Shown in pieces: positions 35,843-49,200 of a stretch of DNA of 64,000 bases; the first letter of the stretch is position 1, and each line of letters begins with the position of its first letter. Source of the stretch: Sarea resinae (Eukaryota); NCBI GenBank assembly GCA_026026165.1, contig JAPEUD010000069.1, positions 1 through 64,000 on the forward strand, written 5' to 3'. Position numbers and translations under genes: made by a program. The notes beneath the pieces were generated by a model. That model was not told the DNA's origin. It was given only the letters and a program-made list of their open reading frames with translations, and made no database searches.

Positions 35843-37894
35843 TCACATCTCCAACAGCTCCCGCAACGTCCTCTCCGCCTTTTCGGCCTCCACCCGGCCC
35901 TCTTCGCCCTGGCGCATCATCTGTCCGACGAACCACTTGATCTTCCCCACCTGTCCCTTTTCACGAATCTGTCGCACAATGCTAACATTGGCCTCCAACA
36001 ATTCTCTCGCCAGAGCTTCATATTCTTCTCGCGACATGGGCCGTAGGAGGAGGTTCTCTTCCTCGACAATGTCCGCAATGGAACGCACGTCTCCATCAAA
36101 CACCTTGGACAGCAGTAGCTTGGCCGTCCTGCCTGTGATTTTGTTGTTGACCAGATGCACCAGAATGTCAGCAAGAGCATCGGCCGAAACGGGATTCTCG
36201 CTCCAAGTCATGTCCGCAGTCGTCAATAGCCCGCCAAGTTCATGCAAAACCCTACTGGCACATTAGCTCGTCAATCAAATACAAAAATAATATAAAGCAT
36301 ACCAGTTCCCAGCCCTCTTCCGTATATGCTTGGGCTTCTCTGACTCGACGTGAAATACCTCTTCGACCTTCTCTATCACGTCGCGATAGTAGTCCGTTCG
36401 ATCACCATCGTCGAGCGTCGCCAAGGTCTTGGCATCCTTGATAGTCAGACCGTCCCCGACAAGCTCGCGAATGATCTGATCAGGCATCTCGGGCAACGAG
36501 TCTTTCATGTAATCGCTGAGCCCCTGCAATAACGAATTAGATACGACCTGGCCTGTCCGACGGACAACGTACCGGATCGATGATGACCGGACCGAGATCC
36601 GGGTCAGGCATATAGCGATAGTCAACTTCTCCCTCCTTTCCTCTCAGCTTCTTCGTCTCTGTACTGCCGAGCGTCCAGCCACGCGTTTCGCCATCAATTG
36701 AGCCACCAGACTCCAAGATCTCTATCTGTCGGTCTCTCTCGGCAACGATGGCATCCTCGACAGCCTTGAAGCTGCTGAGGTTCTTGATTTCCGTGCGCTG
36801 TCCCAGGCCTGTCACTCCGTAATATTCGCTCGTCTGCCCCGGCGAAGCAGAGCTGCCTCGGCGTCGCACCGAGACATTAACGTCTGCTCTCAGTCCCCCC
36901 ATCTCCATGCCGATCGTGACTGCATCCGCGAACCTCAGCATTGTTTGTATCTTTCGGACGCAAGCCGCCGCCGTAGCTGGATGATGTATATGCGGTAGGG
37001 TGATAACCTCGATCAGAGGATGCGACACTCGATTGAAATCGAGCAGATGCGTGTAGGGTGGCTGCTGCAAAGTCTTGGCCGTGTCTTGTTCCATCTGAAC
37101 CTGCTTAATTCCAATCCGGATCGACTTCCCGTCCTCGGGTGCAATTCCGTCGTAGTCGTATACTTCGATGAAGCCATCCTTTGCAAATGGTTCTACCAAC
37201 ATCAGATTCGCAAGTTCGTAGAATATTGCAGAGGACCGTACCATAGTATTGAGTGATCTGATACCCCGCCGGTTGATCTTGATAGAAGTAGTGTTTTCGG
37301 TCGAAACGGCTGATACGCCGTATCTCGCAATTCAGGGCGACAGCTGCTCTGAGCGCCGGGATCAGAGTGGCCTTTTGGAATTGCTATGATGCGGTCAGCG
37401 GTAGCCAACTGTCGCGGACAACATCGCCTGCTTACCGGCTGACTTCCGGGAAATGCTGCATCGAAGACAGCTACATGTGCATTTGGAGTATCGTTGATGG
37501 ACGTAGCAGCACCTGTTGCATCCTAATCAGATTCTATCTGGCAGCTGATGGGACGGGCTTTACTTGAAAATAGCTTGCGCTCCGTATTCAACTGGGCGTG
37601 TATCTCCAATCCGACGGTCAACTCCCAATCATCGTTTCTTCTCTTCGCTTTCTTCGAGCTCTTCGCGCCACCCGACACCCGTCTTTGCTTTGCTTCATCC
37701 TTTAACAATTTTCTCAAGGGAGTGTCATCGCTAGCTATGGCCTGCGTGCTGAGCGGGCGAGATTTCGGAGACCCAAAGGTCGGCGTGGGTCCAGAACGTC
37801 GGCCATGGAGACATCGACGCAGACAATGCCCGCATAGGTTTTCCAGCCTGAGGAAATCCTGTCCGGATAAGACTGACCGTCGTATTGGTAGCAT
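35843..37894 (-). CDS. PET112: Mitochondrial glutamyl-tRNA(Gln) amidotransferase subunit B (GatB/Pet112), multi-exon
   Basis: [81 protein letters not shown] and KWFVGQMMR. Alternative in-frame ATGs at 37912 and 37921. Confidence 0.95.
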
Positions 37895-38630
37895 CAAAGT
37901 ATGGGGCCGCATCAAGGGCATGTCTATCGAACAAGCAGCTGTCTGCGGCGTGCTGGACAAGCGACGGAGCTCTCGCTTGCTCGACAAAGTGGTGACAATT
38001 CTTGAGTCTCGGCCCGGCCCTCGGGCTTCAGCTGGACTTGGAGCAATCGTGCGATTGCTTCTTGCGGCGGAAGTGAAACTTTTAGGTCTAAAATCTACAT
38101 CTACAAAGGAATATAGACGAATCGCATCAGTGCCGTAAAAGGAACCGCGCCTGGGTGACCCGTCAATGTTTGGGTTGGTAGCTGAGGGGCCGTCACTTAT
38201 TGCGCCTGCTGAAGGTCTTGACGGCATAGAGAAAACACTACAGGAGAGAAACAACGGGAGTTTTAGAGGACTAGGACCGTTTGGCTCTCCTGGCAAAGGT
38301 ATCGCTTTCGTTATTCTCTATACGGCCTTCCAAGCATCAGTGCGGATCTACGGAGATAATTGACAACGTTCCAAGCTCATGGGCATCAATTCCTTCGGAT
38401 GAAATGAGAGCGCGGTGATGGATACATTTCCATTAGCAATCTTAAAATAGTATGATCTGTGGGATGCGACGTTGAATATGTGCAGTTCATTGCGCTGAAC
38501 GACGATTAATATCTAAATCTGGCCAGCATAATGCGCCAAAGTCATCAAAAGCTCGAAACGCCACCCCAAAAGTCATCAATCGTAAGGGACGCCTGCGAAA
38601 GGGGCATGACGTGCAGATGCAAGATCCAAG

Positions 38631-39078
38631 TCATTTCTTCGGACCGCCTCGAGCTTGCTCCTTGAGCTCTTCGATATAGTACTGGAGGAACTTCTTGGCA
38701 TCCGATGGTCCGGATTCATCTGCGATAAGCCGATCAGCATCTTCAGTACGGCATAGCGGCGGCGGCGACTGACTATCGCGAGTCAAGCCCCCCATATCTT
38801 CGGGGGCTTTGCCATGTCGCAGCTCGTGCACCTTCTTGTGGACATTCTGGACCGCCCTATGGAAGGTTGGGCTCGAAAGAAGCTTTGCCACCGCCAGGTC
38901 AGTCAGTCGGTTCGTCCATGCCACGTCCCAGAATAGACTCCAACGCGACCAGTGTTGGGCATACGTACTCGGGCTGTAAGCCACACCTACATCCGTCGGT
39001 CTCGTCAGCGTCCCGTCTGTCCATGCGTGGTAGGAGTGTGGATGTGGCAGGACCAACCTCGAACAGCCGCACCCACAT
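38631..39078 (-). CDS. MRX7: 78-aa mitochondrial Mrx7-family (MIOREX) protein; exons 39078-39058, 38986-38969, 38882-38774, 38719-38631
   Basis: Spliced product is MWVRLFE-VWLTAR-LLSSPTFHRAVQNVHKKVHELRHG...KKFLQYYIEELKEQ (237 nt). Each intron has a GT donor, a CTGAY branch point and an AG acceptor. Confidence 0.8.
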
Positions 39079-40344
39079 TATCGGAGTGACATTCCTTGCT
39101 CTCCCGCGACTCTCGATGAGATGTTTCAGAGGAGAGGCCGCTGCGCAGACGGCGAGGCAACGTATGGCAACGTATGGCAACCGACAGGTAAACGACGTTT
39201 CGAGGAGTAATGCGTCCGTTGGAAAGGGTGGGGGGCGAGAGAATGCAAAGGGATCACGATGGCGGATGGCAATAATAATGATGGAAGACTATGAGGGAAG
39301 ATACCGACGATGAGTACTGCGGAGTACATCCAGAGTACGGGCTCTATTATTATTCGCGCCGCTACTCGATTATTTATCGACGAGTCGATGACACCACGCA
39401 GTATTTCAGTACGAGGTAGCAGTCCAGACGGTACCTCCCACCAAGTCCCGAGGCCACTCTCGGCCCGCGAAGAGGTACTCGAGACGTGGTACCTGGGCGG
39501 ACGAGCCCCGGTCCCTCGGTCCCGCACCCATCGACCATCACTGACTGACTGACTGATGGATGTTTCATCGGGACCCGACCGAGCCAGACTGCAGTCGAAG
39601 GAATGAAGGAATGGAACAGAAGCACGCCGGCAGCTGCACGAGACACCGGGGAGTAGGGAGTACGGCGTAGATCAATAGTCATACGGCATAGAGACCCTGG
39701 AGAACAACAATGGCCGAGTGTGGACCATCACCACTCGAGAACAGACCGATTTCTATTTATTTTCTGCACTCCCTACTTCATACCCTCCCTACCTAGCCCC
39801 AACACATCCCTACGCACTGCACATCCCACGATACCCACGATGCCCACGAGTCGACTTGCCTTACTGCTTCAGGCTTAAGCCGACGTTATATTCTTCGCAT
39901 CCGCATCGACTGCAGACGGGGCTCAGCACCATCGACTCCCACGGCCGTCGTCATTGGCGGCCTCACGCTCGCCCTGTTTATCCACACGCCGTCCCGGACC
40001 AAGTACTACGGAGTAGTCCAGCCCACTCCGGAGTCGAGCACTACCTTACCTAGTACCAGAGTCCTCTATCAGACTACTACTACTCCCTGACTAGCCCCCC
40101 GAGACCCTACCTAGTATCAGAGCAGTATTAGCAGCATTAAGTCTTCACTGCGGCGACGAGCTGCGTGCGACGCCTCTCCCCCGTCCAAGGCATCGCTGCT
40201 CTGCTCTGTATGATCGCAGCAATCCGATCCCGGTCGCGCACGTCTTTAAAGGAGGAACTCCGTCCACTGGAAGCCCGTCCGGCCACCCCCAAATCCTCTC
40301 CCCTCTCATTCGCCCTCCACGCCGCGACGGCGAGCCCGCATCGC

Positions 40345-42014
40345 ATGCGAACCGCTGCACGCTCGACGATCGCCTCATCCCAAAATTCCATCGTGCATCG
40401 ATTTCGGGAGTTTCGGCGGCGCAGAGCTGCAGGCGGCCAAGAAGGCCCGGCCGCCGACGAGGCAGACGCCGCAGGAATGAGTGCCCCGCTCTCGATAGAC
40501 CCCTCACCCGGCGGCGCGGCTGCCAAACGCCCTCCATCCAGCGGCAGCACCCAGTCCTTGAATTCGGTCGCGATATCCGAGCCCGTCGACGATGCCGATG
40601 ACGCGCAGCCTAACGATCACAGTGACCGCGTACCTGCATTTCTGCGTCAGACAAAGCAAGGTGCGTGTGATCTCTTCATGTTTCGCATGGTTTGATCTTC
40701 TGCATACGCGAGAATGGAGAGCTGCAGCTAACCCCTCGCTATCACAACCTGTAGAAATCCGCGTAAAGTTCGAAAACCTAAACCGCCAGCAGCTAGGTCG
40801 ACTGCAGGACAGAGCTGATCCCGAATCGCCATGGTATCAAGAAGTGGACGAGGAAGTTTATGTGCGGAATCGTTATGCGGATATTCAGCCGTGGGCCCAT
40901 AATAGGGTTCACCTGAACGTCCCCGAAGGCGAATGCGACTACATCAATGCATCACCCATATTACTGCGAAGCTCGAAGACGGGCGAGCAGAAGGACTACA
41001 TCTCAACTCAGGTATATATCTCCTTTCTTTTTGCATAGGATACCTCCCAGAAGAAATGTAACCCCCCAAAAAAAAGAGAGAATAGCGAAAATCTTCAAAA
41101 CCAAAGCAGCCAGAACGTACTGACAACCGGGCTTCTAGGGTCCCAAAGAAGGCCAATTCGGCGACTTTTGGCGCATGATCTGGGACGAAACCACTTCACC
41201 CGCAGTGATCATAATGCTCACGCGCACCACGGAAGACAACCGCGAAAAATGTTCCCAGTACTTCCCAGTCGACTTCACCTCGCCAACCATAGACATCAAC
41301 ACCGACGACGAACCCCTCTCAGAATCCGATTTCTCCGCAACCGTCACCCTCGTCTCCAAAACTGAAGATCCGGCCTCGGGTTCCACGATTCGCAAACTCC
41401 GCCTCGTGGTCCACAGTAATACGGACGGTGAGGCAGAGGAGGAAGGGGAGGAAAACGAAAAAGAAGTCTACCATTTCCTCTTCTCCGGCTGGCCCGACTA
41501 TCTCATCCCACAAGGCGACAATCGCGCCGCCCTCCTCGAACTCATCGCCCAATCCCAGTCCCTTGCCCAACTGCAATCTGGCTCCGAAGACCCCTCGGAA
41601 AGCCCAAGCAATCCCCGCATCATCCACTGCTCCGCCGGGGTCGGCCGTTCTGGAACCTTCATCGCCCTCGATCACCTCCTTTCGGAGCTCCACGCCGGTG
41701 CTTTGGATGTCTCCCCCAGTCCTTCGTACGACCCCGTGTTCAGCACCGTGAATGAGCTCCGCTCACAGCGCGTCTGTATGGTGCAGGGGCGGCCGCAGTA
41801 CGAGTTCATCTACGAGGTCTTGAAAGAGCAGTGGATGGAAAGGCAATTGAACGGTGCCGAGGGTGCCGCAACGAAGAGGCGGCGACTGGACACGGATGGC
41901 GCGGGTGCGAGCGAGGACGAGGAAGACGCGGACGAGCACGAGAACGAGGACGAGGATGAAGCCGCGGACTTGGCGGCCGTGGAGGCGGAGCTGGCGAGGA
42001 ACGCCGAGAGATGA
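40345..42014 (+). CDS. Classical protein-tyrosine phosphatase (Ptp1-like); exons ~40345-40660, 40755-41011, 41139-42014
   Basis: RNRYADIQPW, DYINAS, YISTQ|GP, FWRMIW, KCSQYFP, WPD loop, IHCSAGVGRSGTF and Q-loop MVQGRPQYEF. The start may instead be 40210 or 40477. Confidence 0.93.
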
Positions 42015-42689
42015 TTTCTATTACTAGGTTGTCTCGTCATGGTTTCTTGGATTGGGATTTTCGCTTCTGCTCGTGCGGTACTGTCGTTGGATAGATGGGT
42101 GCCCGGTTATGGATTGTCTGGTTCATGCGCTTTTTTTTTCTTCTCGTTGCATGGTCGGCCAGCGGGATATAGGACTGTTTCTGTTCTTTGGTACTTGATC
42201 CCTTTTGATTTTCTCTTCTGAATTGTATTGATGCCTCCGTTGTCCTCTCCTTTTCCCTTTTGCGTCTTCTCTTACCATCCCTTCTTCTCGTCTCTTGAAT
42301 TCTATCCCCGTCTCTCTTCCTTTTCTTTCTAATGTCTCATCATCGGGGTATGGTATATCCAGTTATCCCGTTCTCCCTACCCATCCCCCAGCCATGAACC
42401 ACCCCATCCGAAGCAGGCGTCTTGAATTAGCGTATCCGTGTGTATGAGCATCTTAGCATCTTAGCGCAATTAGATCTCCTGAACCTCTTTTCTATTTTCA
42501 TTTCCTTGTTGTCCTTTCTCTGGCGGCTGTGTTGGCCCGGCTATAGATCTTGTTGATGTTGTTGATGTTGTTTTTTTTGTTTTTTTTCAGTTTTCAGTTT
42601 TTGGTTTTGTGGTTGTAGATGGATTGATTTGTTTGTTATGGTTTTCGTGTAGGAGATAGAAACACGTTTCAATCTTTTCAGTAGGCGAT

Positions 42690-43690
42690 TAATAGGACAG
42701 TATAGGTTAGGATAGGATAGTTAATAGGATAGTTAATAGGATAGTCTATAGAGTGGTATATTACAACACTACTAGCACTCTTCTTAAAACCAACCTTTCT
42801 CTTCCCCTATAGCTTTCTCTACAATGTAGCAATACTAAGAGTATATAAAAGAAAGGTGTACCTGCTCTTCTCGTTTAATTTAATGTTAGTATTGCCTAGG
42901 TAGAGAGAGTATAAGGTAAGGTAGGTAGATAAGGTAGGTAGATAAGGTAGGTAGGTATAGAGCTAGTTATTCTTATAAAGAGCAGTCTATTATTAGTATT
43001 ATTAGTAGTATTAGTTATTTTAATTGCTCTCTACCTCTCTCTCTCTCTCTACTCTAATATAAGGACAGCTCTCTACTCCTTTACTAAATCTACTCTTTCT
43101 ACTCCTACTCTTTCTCTTTCTCCTTTCTTTTCTTATTCTTCTACCTCTTCTCTCTCTTTTTTTCTTTGATATTCTTACTCTTTAAGACTCTTATATAGCG
43201 CTCTACTCTCTATTCTCTACTCTCTCTATTCTGTTTCTCTGTTCTCTATTCTCTACTCCTCTATTCTATTTCTCTTTCTCCTCTTCCTTCTCTTTCTCTT
43301 ACCTCTATTCTCTACCTTCTTCTTCCTCTATCTTCTCTCTTCTCTCTTCTCTCTTCTTCTTCTACTCTTACTCTTACTTATTGTTCTATTCCTTCTACTC
43401 CTTCTACTACTAACCTTAGTAACTCTACTAGCTCTACTAAGCTTACTACTCTTCTAATCAATTATATACGCAGCTACACTTACCTCTACCCCTAATCCCT
43501 ACTTTTATAAGCCACCTACTCTACCTACTCTACTCTACCTTATCCCTACCTTAAGTAAGGTAAAAGTAAGATAAACCTAAACCTAAACCCTAGACCTAGC
43601 TTAGCTTAGTAGTTAGGTCCTTACTACCTTACCTTACTTGTTAATACCTACCCCTGTTTATAGCACCCTACCTTACCTTAGAAGACGCTT
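42690..43690. other. AT-rich, TpA-rich, CpA/TpG/CpG-poor low-complexity block (RIP-like signature)
   Basis: Dominated by ctact / ctcta / taag / tagg words, with very few CA, TG or CG dinucleotides by eye. No ORF of 60 aa or more in the track. Confidence 0.65.
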
Positions 43691-43799
43691 GTTTTATACG
43701 CATGCGAAGAAGGGTGTGAAAGGCGTTGCTTAGGAGGGTATCTCAGGGGGAACGAACCGAAACGGAATGGAAACAGGATATTAGGATGTATAGAAGGTC

Positions 43800-43843
43800 T
43801 GTATGTATGTATGTATGGATGTATGTATGTATGTATGTATGGA
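43800..43843. repeat. (GTAT)n microsatellite
   Basis: gtatgtatgtatgtatggatgtatgtatgtatgtatgtatggatg. Confidence 0.9.
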
Positions 43844-44591
43844 TGAATACCTTACTTCCCATTCAACAGAGCAAGAGCTGGGCACGCCTTTCGACGTGGC
43901 TTGGACATGATCTGGGCGTAGCGTTTCACATTGGCGATAACATTGGCGCGTGATATTCAGCAAGCCCTAGACAGAGAAAGAAGAGAAGAGGTTACAAGAA
44001 AAAAGCAAAGGAAAGGGGGGGCCGCGCGCGGGATAGGTGGGTGATTGAGTTGTAGATCCGCTATCAAGAAGCCTAGCAGCTCTTAGTAATTGATTCTATA
44101 TAGCTACCTTAGAATATGTTGTTGTTGTTGTTGTTGTGTGATAGGTGTAGTTTGTAGGGTATCTCAGGGGACGAAAACATGATGGTGGTAATCCTGATGG
44201 TATGTGATATTGGTATGGCTTTGATATGGTACTGGCGATGGTGTTGGCGCGTGATGTGGCAAGGCCTGGACAGAGAAAGAAGAGAAGAGGTTGAGAGAGA
44301 GTGAGAGGGGGAGTAGATTGGTGATTGAATCGTTCAATTCGCTATAACCTGTCAGGGAAATAAGGACTGATAAACGCATGGACAGACAGACAGACAGACA
44401 GAAGACAGACATTATCATTCGCTCAATTCAATTCAAGATAAACTAGGTAAGCAAGACATGACAAGAAAAAGATATCGGGCCGGCCTACAGTGCTGGCACG
44501 CTCATTCGCCAGAAAAGTGTCCCCCGCCTCTTCCCCCTTGCCCGTCCCATTTCAATCCATCCCTTTCCTCCTTTGTTCTCCTCTTCACCCG

Positions 44592-45503
44592 TCAGTCGCT
44601 TCTCTTCTTCCCCTCCGTATCGATCGCGGGCCCGGGACCATTCGAAGCTTTCAGCGACTCGACAATGCCGCCTTCGGCTGCCGGTTCCTCGTCGTCCCAA
44701 TTGTCCTCGGCATTCTCGTCCCAGTTGTCGACTTCCTCCTCCAGCGACGGCGTTGAGCGCCCCACGCCCGTTATGGCGGCAGCATCCGTGATGCCCGACT
44801 CCTGGGGCTCCAGTCCGCCCGCCCTTTCGCCTAGCTCGAGATCCGCGGTGCCTTCGCCGCCTTCGCCGCCGTCTTCCCCAGGCACGACTTGGTAGTGCTT
44901 GCTGCGGCGTTTTCGCTCGAGCATGCCTTTGTGGTACCAGCTGCAGACGGCGAGGCCGCCGAGCGAGCCGACAATGTTGGCGATGATGTCGTACAGGTCG
45001 AAATTTCGGCCATTCTGATGGGCGTGGTGTTAGAGCAGCTCTTCTTTCGGTGTTCTTCTTCAACGACATCAGGAACGTACCGGCAGGAAGCCTTGTAGGA
45101 TTTCAGAGCCGACGCCTAGGAATAGGGTGCAGACGACGAGCGTAAAGTTCAGGGCTCGTCGCCGTGAGGCTTCGACGACCCAGTAGAAACATATCTGTGG
45201 AGAGTGGGTCGCATTTAGCAGAGCAATTCTGGGAGCCGCCATGCGCTGATACCATCTCGGAAAAGGCTTACCGTTAATATCAGAAAGGTGAGGAAGTGGA
45301 GGATCTTGTCATTGATGAGGCTGATTTGGATGGTCGAGAGGCCTAGGTAGGCGGCTATGAGGAGGAGGAGAAGGAAAGCGCCTGCGATGATTGTGAGCCA
45401 TGAGCCATTTCTGAAGCCGGAGACAAAAGCTCCCTGTCCAAGACAGAGGCAGCTGTGAGGTGTAAATCATGTACATACAGGCAAAAGGTGTACGTATGCG
45501 CAT
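44592..45503 (-). CDS. VanZ-like small membrane protein (yeast YJR112W-A family); exons 45503-45479, 45381-45272, 45194-45081, 45014-44592
   Basis: Spliced product is MRIRTPFACAFLLLLLIAAYLGL...INDKILHFLTFLILT-ICFYWV...GVGSEILQGFLP-NGRNFDLYDIIANIVGS. It carries the VanZ-type DKxxH, SExxQ and RxFDxxDxxAN motifs and an acidic tail. Confidence 0.88.
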
Positions 45504-46210
45504 GACTTCGGCGTGAATCCAATGGGTAGGCGGGTAGGCGGGTAAGCGGGTGAGAGTGCGATTAACTTGTGGTCGTCATGAGAGGTGGATGATGCTTCGT
45601 GTGCCGATGATCATGAGGTTCGAGGCCGTCGTGATTGACGCAGCTGAAGCTTCATCGACCGACTGGTTGACGGGTTGAGATCTTTGGTTATATTGGGTAA
45701 GGTGATTGTATATTCCTGAGGTCTGGAGCGATTGCGTCGTCGTACCAAGTACTCCACCCGCCTGTCGCCCAAGTTCGCCCTTCACAGCACATTACCCGGC
45801 ATGGCTGGACCTGGTACTGGGGAGGTCACTTTACAGCAGCGATGCCGCCCGTCGATACCTCCCGCGACCTCCAGGCGCGACGGTCAGGCCGGTCTGGTGC
45901 TCTTCGTTCGCTTAGGACGCTTATGGCGCTTTGTCGGGGGGAACAAGCAGCAGCGACAACGTCAATCGTTCCTCAGCGCGACAATACCCCCATGATCGCC
46001 CTCTCCTTCTCCATCTCCGCGTTCCTTCAATCCATCATTTTACATCTCCAAATCACATGAAGCGATACTACTGTACTCTGTCTTCCGTTTGACGCTGGTT
46101 TGGTCATCGTGCGACACCTTTGACAGGTGCGACGCGACGGCTTGCGCGGTGGTACAGTACCCGTCCTTGACGGCGGGCGAGGGGCCGCGAGTGTTGAGAG
46201 CGGAAGGATC

Positions 46211-49200
46211 ATGTCTTCGGCCACCAACCACCTATGGCCAACTTCCCATCCCCATTCGCGATCTCCCGCAGATCCCTATGGCGCGCCATCGCGGGACTCT
46301 ATCGACCCGACGGCGTCGACGTCGCGAACGCCGAATTTCGCCATGGACGGGTCGATGATGGCCGAATCGGGTAATATAAATACGGGTAGCGATGCGACGG
46401 GGGAGGACGACCCCAGAGTAGCTTTGTTCAAAGACCTGTTTACGCGGAGCGAGGCGCAAATCGCTAGCCTGTTCACAGATGACGAGGAAAATACTGTCAC
46501 GGTAGATGCGACGGACAACAATGCTCCACCTCAGGGCCTCAACGGAGAGAAAAAGGCACCGGATGCTGCACCTCGCAAGAAAGCTCGGACAATCGACGAG
46601 GACGACTACGATGATTCGGACGACGACGAGGAAGACGCGGAAAATGACAATTCTTCGCCCCTGAAGGCCAAGAGCAACGGTGTCCCTGCTCCACTACAAT
46701 CCAAGCCGCCGTCGGCGCCGCTCTCCAAGTCGGTGGTCCCATCAAAGCCGCCATCGTCGTCGCCAAAGGAGGAGAAAAGCTCAGAGGAGGTGCGCAAGAA
46801 GCTCGAGCACGACAAGAAGGCTGCCGAAGATGCAGCTATACGGAGCTTTCATACAATGTTCTACACGCTAGAGCACGACCGGGACGCGATGCTGGACCAG
46901 CAGAAGCTGGAGGAGTCTGAGCGTCAAGTTGATGCCGAAATGTCGGGCAGCAACGCCAACTCCGGCGCTGCTGGTAATAATACGTCAGGCCAGGGCTCCC
47001 TCAGCAGTGCCAATCTGGGAGCCTCGAGCTTGACCTTGAAGCATCTGATTGCGCGCATCGATGCGAAACGAGACCAGGTCCGCGCCTCTGATGCCGAGCT
47101 CCGGAGCCTGATGAGCGAGGTGCGCAAAAACAGGAGCAAATGGGCCAGCGAGGAAAAGGTTGGACAGGAGGAGCTGTACGAATCTGCAGAGAAAGTCCTA
47201 AGTGAGCTCAAAGCGATGACCGAGCATTCGACTGCATTTCTTAGCCGAGTCAACAAGCGCGAAGCCCCTGATTACTACAACGGTATGTATCAGTCCCTCC
47301 AAAAAGGCCTCGAAACCGGTGATCGAAGCTAATAACTTGATAGTCATCAAGCATCCCATGGATCTTGGTACTATGACTAAAAAGCTCAAAGGCATACAGT
47401 ACAAGTCGAAAAAGGAGTTTGTTAATGATATCAATCTCATATGGGCAAATTGCCTCAAGTACAATGCTAACCCCGAGCACTTCTTGCGCAAGCATGCGTT
47501 ATATATGCGCAAGGAGACGGAGAAACTTGTACCTTTGATTCCAGATATTGTAATTAGAGACCGCGCAGAGGTCGAGGCCGAGGAAAGGAGATTGCAGAAT
47601 GGAGATGCCGAATTAGATGGAGGCGAGGAGAGCGATGACGGTTGGTGCTTTCTTCTCAGCTGTGAGTTCATGTTGCTGATACGAACAGAACCCATCATGT
47701 CTTCTCGCGGCCGCAAAGCGCCGGGCAAGAAGACAAAGAAAGGCGCAAGCACATCCCGGAAAGCCATGTCGAGTTCAGGGCCTGAAGGGACACCTGGAGC
47801 AGAAACCAAGCCATCTTTGAATTCCCTATCAACAAACGCTTCGGGAATCATTATAAGAAACGATTTTCTGCAATTAGATTCCGACGCTCAGATGGAGGGC
47901 AGCCAGAATGGTCTTTCGACCCCCCCTCCAGGAGGCACAGGATCCATCACCCCTGCAGGGCTCAACGGAATTCCGGGAAGTGCTCTGACTGGCAGTCAAT
48001 CCGATTTGATGGAAGTAGATGGTCTCGGATCTTCGATCAATGGGGTTGGACCGGCTGGCCAAGGTCAAGGCGAGGACTCCGAGGACGACGATCTCGAGTA
48101 CAAGACGTGGAAGCAAGTGACGAAAAAGGACCGAGCTCTTGTCACAGCGGAGCGGCATCGGCTTTTCACGGGCGATCAACTTAACACCGAAGAGCCAGCG
48201 CTTCTAAGGACAAAAGCTGGGATGAGACGCTGGCTGCGAAAGCAGCGTGAAGCTTTGGCCGAAGGAGCCGCTGGAGATCGTAAGAAAGGGCTTGAAGAGA
48301 AGGAAGTTGAGGGGGAGGCCGCAGGTAAAGAGACGTTGGCCGAAGGTATGGAAGGCGAAGAAGAGCGAGTTCTTCCAGACTACTATGACACCCTTGCTGC
48401 TATTCCCGAGCTTGCTGATCGTATGCGCTGGGTGGAGGATTCGAGCGGCCACGTGGATCCTCCAGAAGAGTTTCTACGGATGGTACCCAAGGCCTATTTC
48501 ACCTCTCCTGAAAGTGCTCTTACCGAAAGGATGGAAGCCAATATGCGGCAGATGCAAGAGACGAGGAAAGTTTGTACAAAGATTGGAATCGTGAAGCAAA
48601 TGCAGCTGCAGTCGCAGGTGAGTTCCTTCTACCAATGCCGTTTCGATTCACATGCGTATACTTATCTTCTCTTCTAGATGTACCAGAATCAGTTCCAGAA
48701 ATACGATCCGGAGCCATTCGTTGAGCAAGACATCGAACCGCATGTCGTGTCTGATGATGGTCCCATCATGGCTCCTTGGGTTTGCCGAGCAGCTCTTCAG
48801 CGTTCCGTTGGTAAGATATTCTACCATGCGGGATTCGAAGAATTCCAGCCTTCAGCGCTCGATGCAGTCACAGATATCGCGAGTGACTTCTTCGCCAAGC
48901 TCGTACGCACCCTTGGTGTCTATCACGAAGCACCAAAAGTTCCTGTGCCAGTAACCGAAAGGGTCGAGGGCGCCTCAAGTGCCTGGAAAGAAAGATTCAC
49001 CCCAGAAGAGATCATCCTGCACTGTCTCCATGAAAATGGAGTAGACGTGGAATCTCTCGAGAGCTACATCAAGGACGACGTGGAGAGGTTGAGCTCGAAA
49101 TTGGGTGTTATGCATGATCGCATGAAGGCGCATCTTGCAGACTTGTTGGTAAGAGTCCCTCGTTTGTTGCGCTAGAGTTAGTGCTAATGCAATATTCTCC

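Noticed and set aside
43575..43600. CCTAAA/CCCTAG repeats (also TTAGGTTAGGG near 33415) resembling telomeric repeats
   Set aside because: Too few and too degenerate. They are part of TpA-rich low-complexity DNA.
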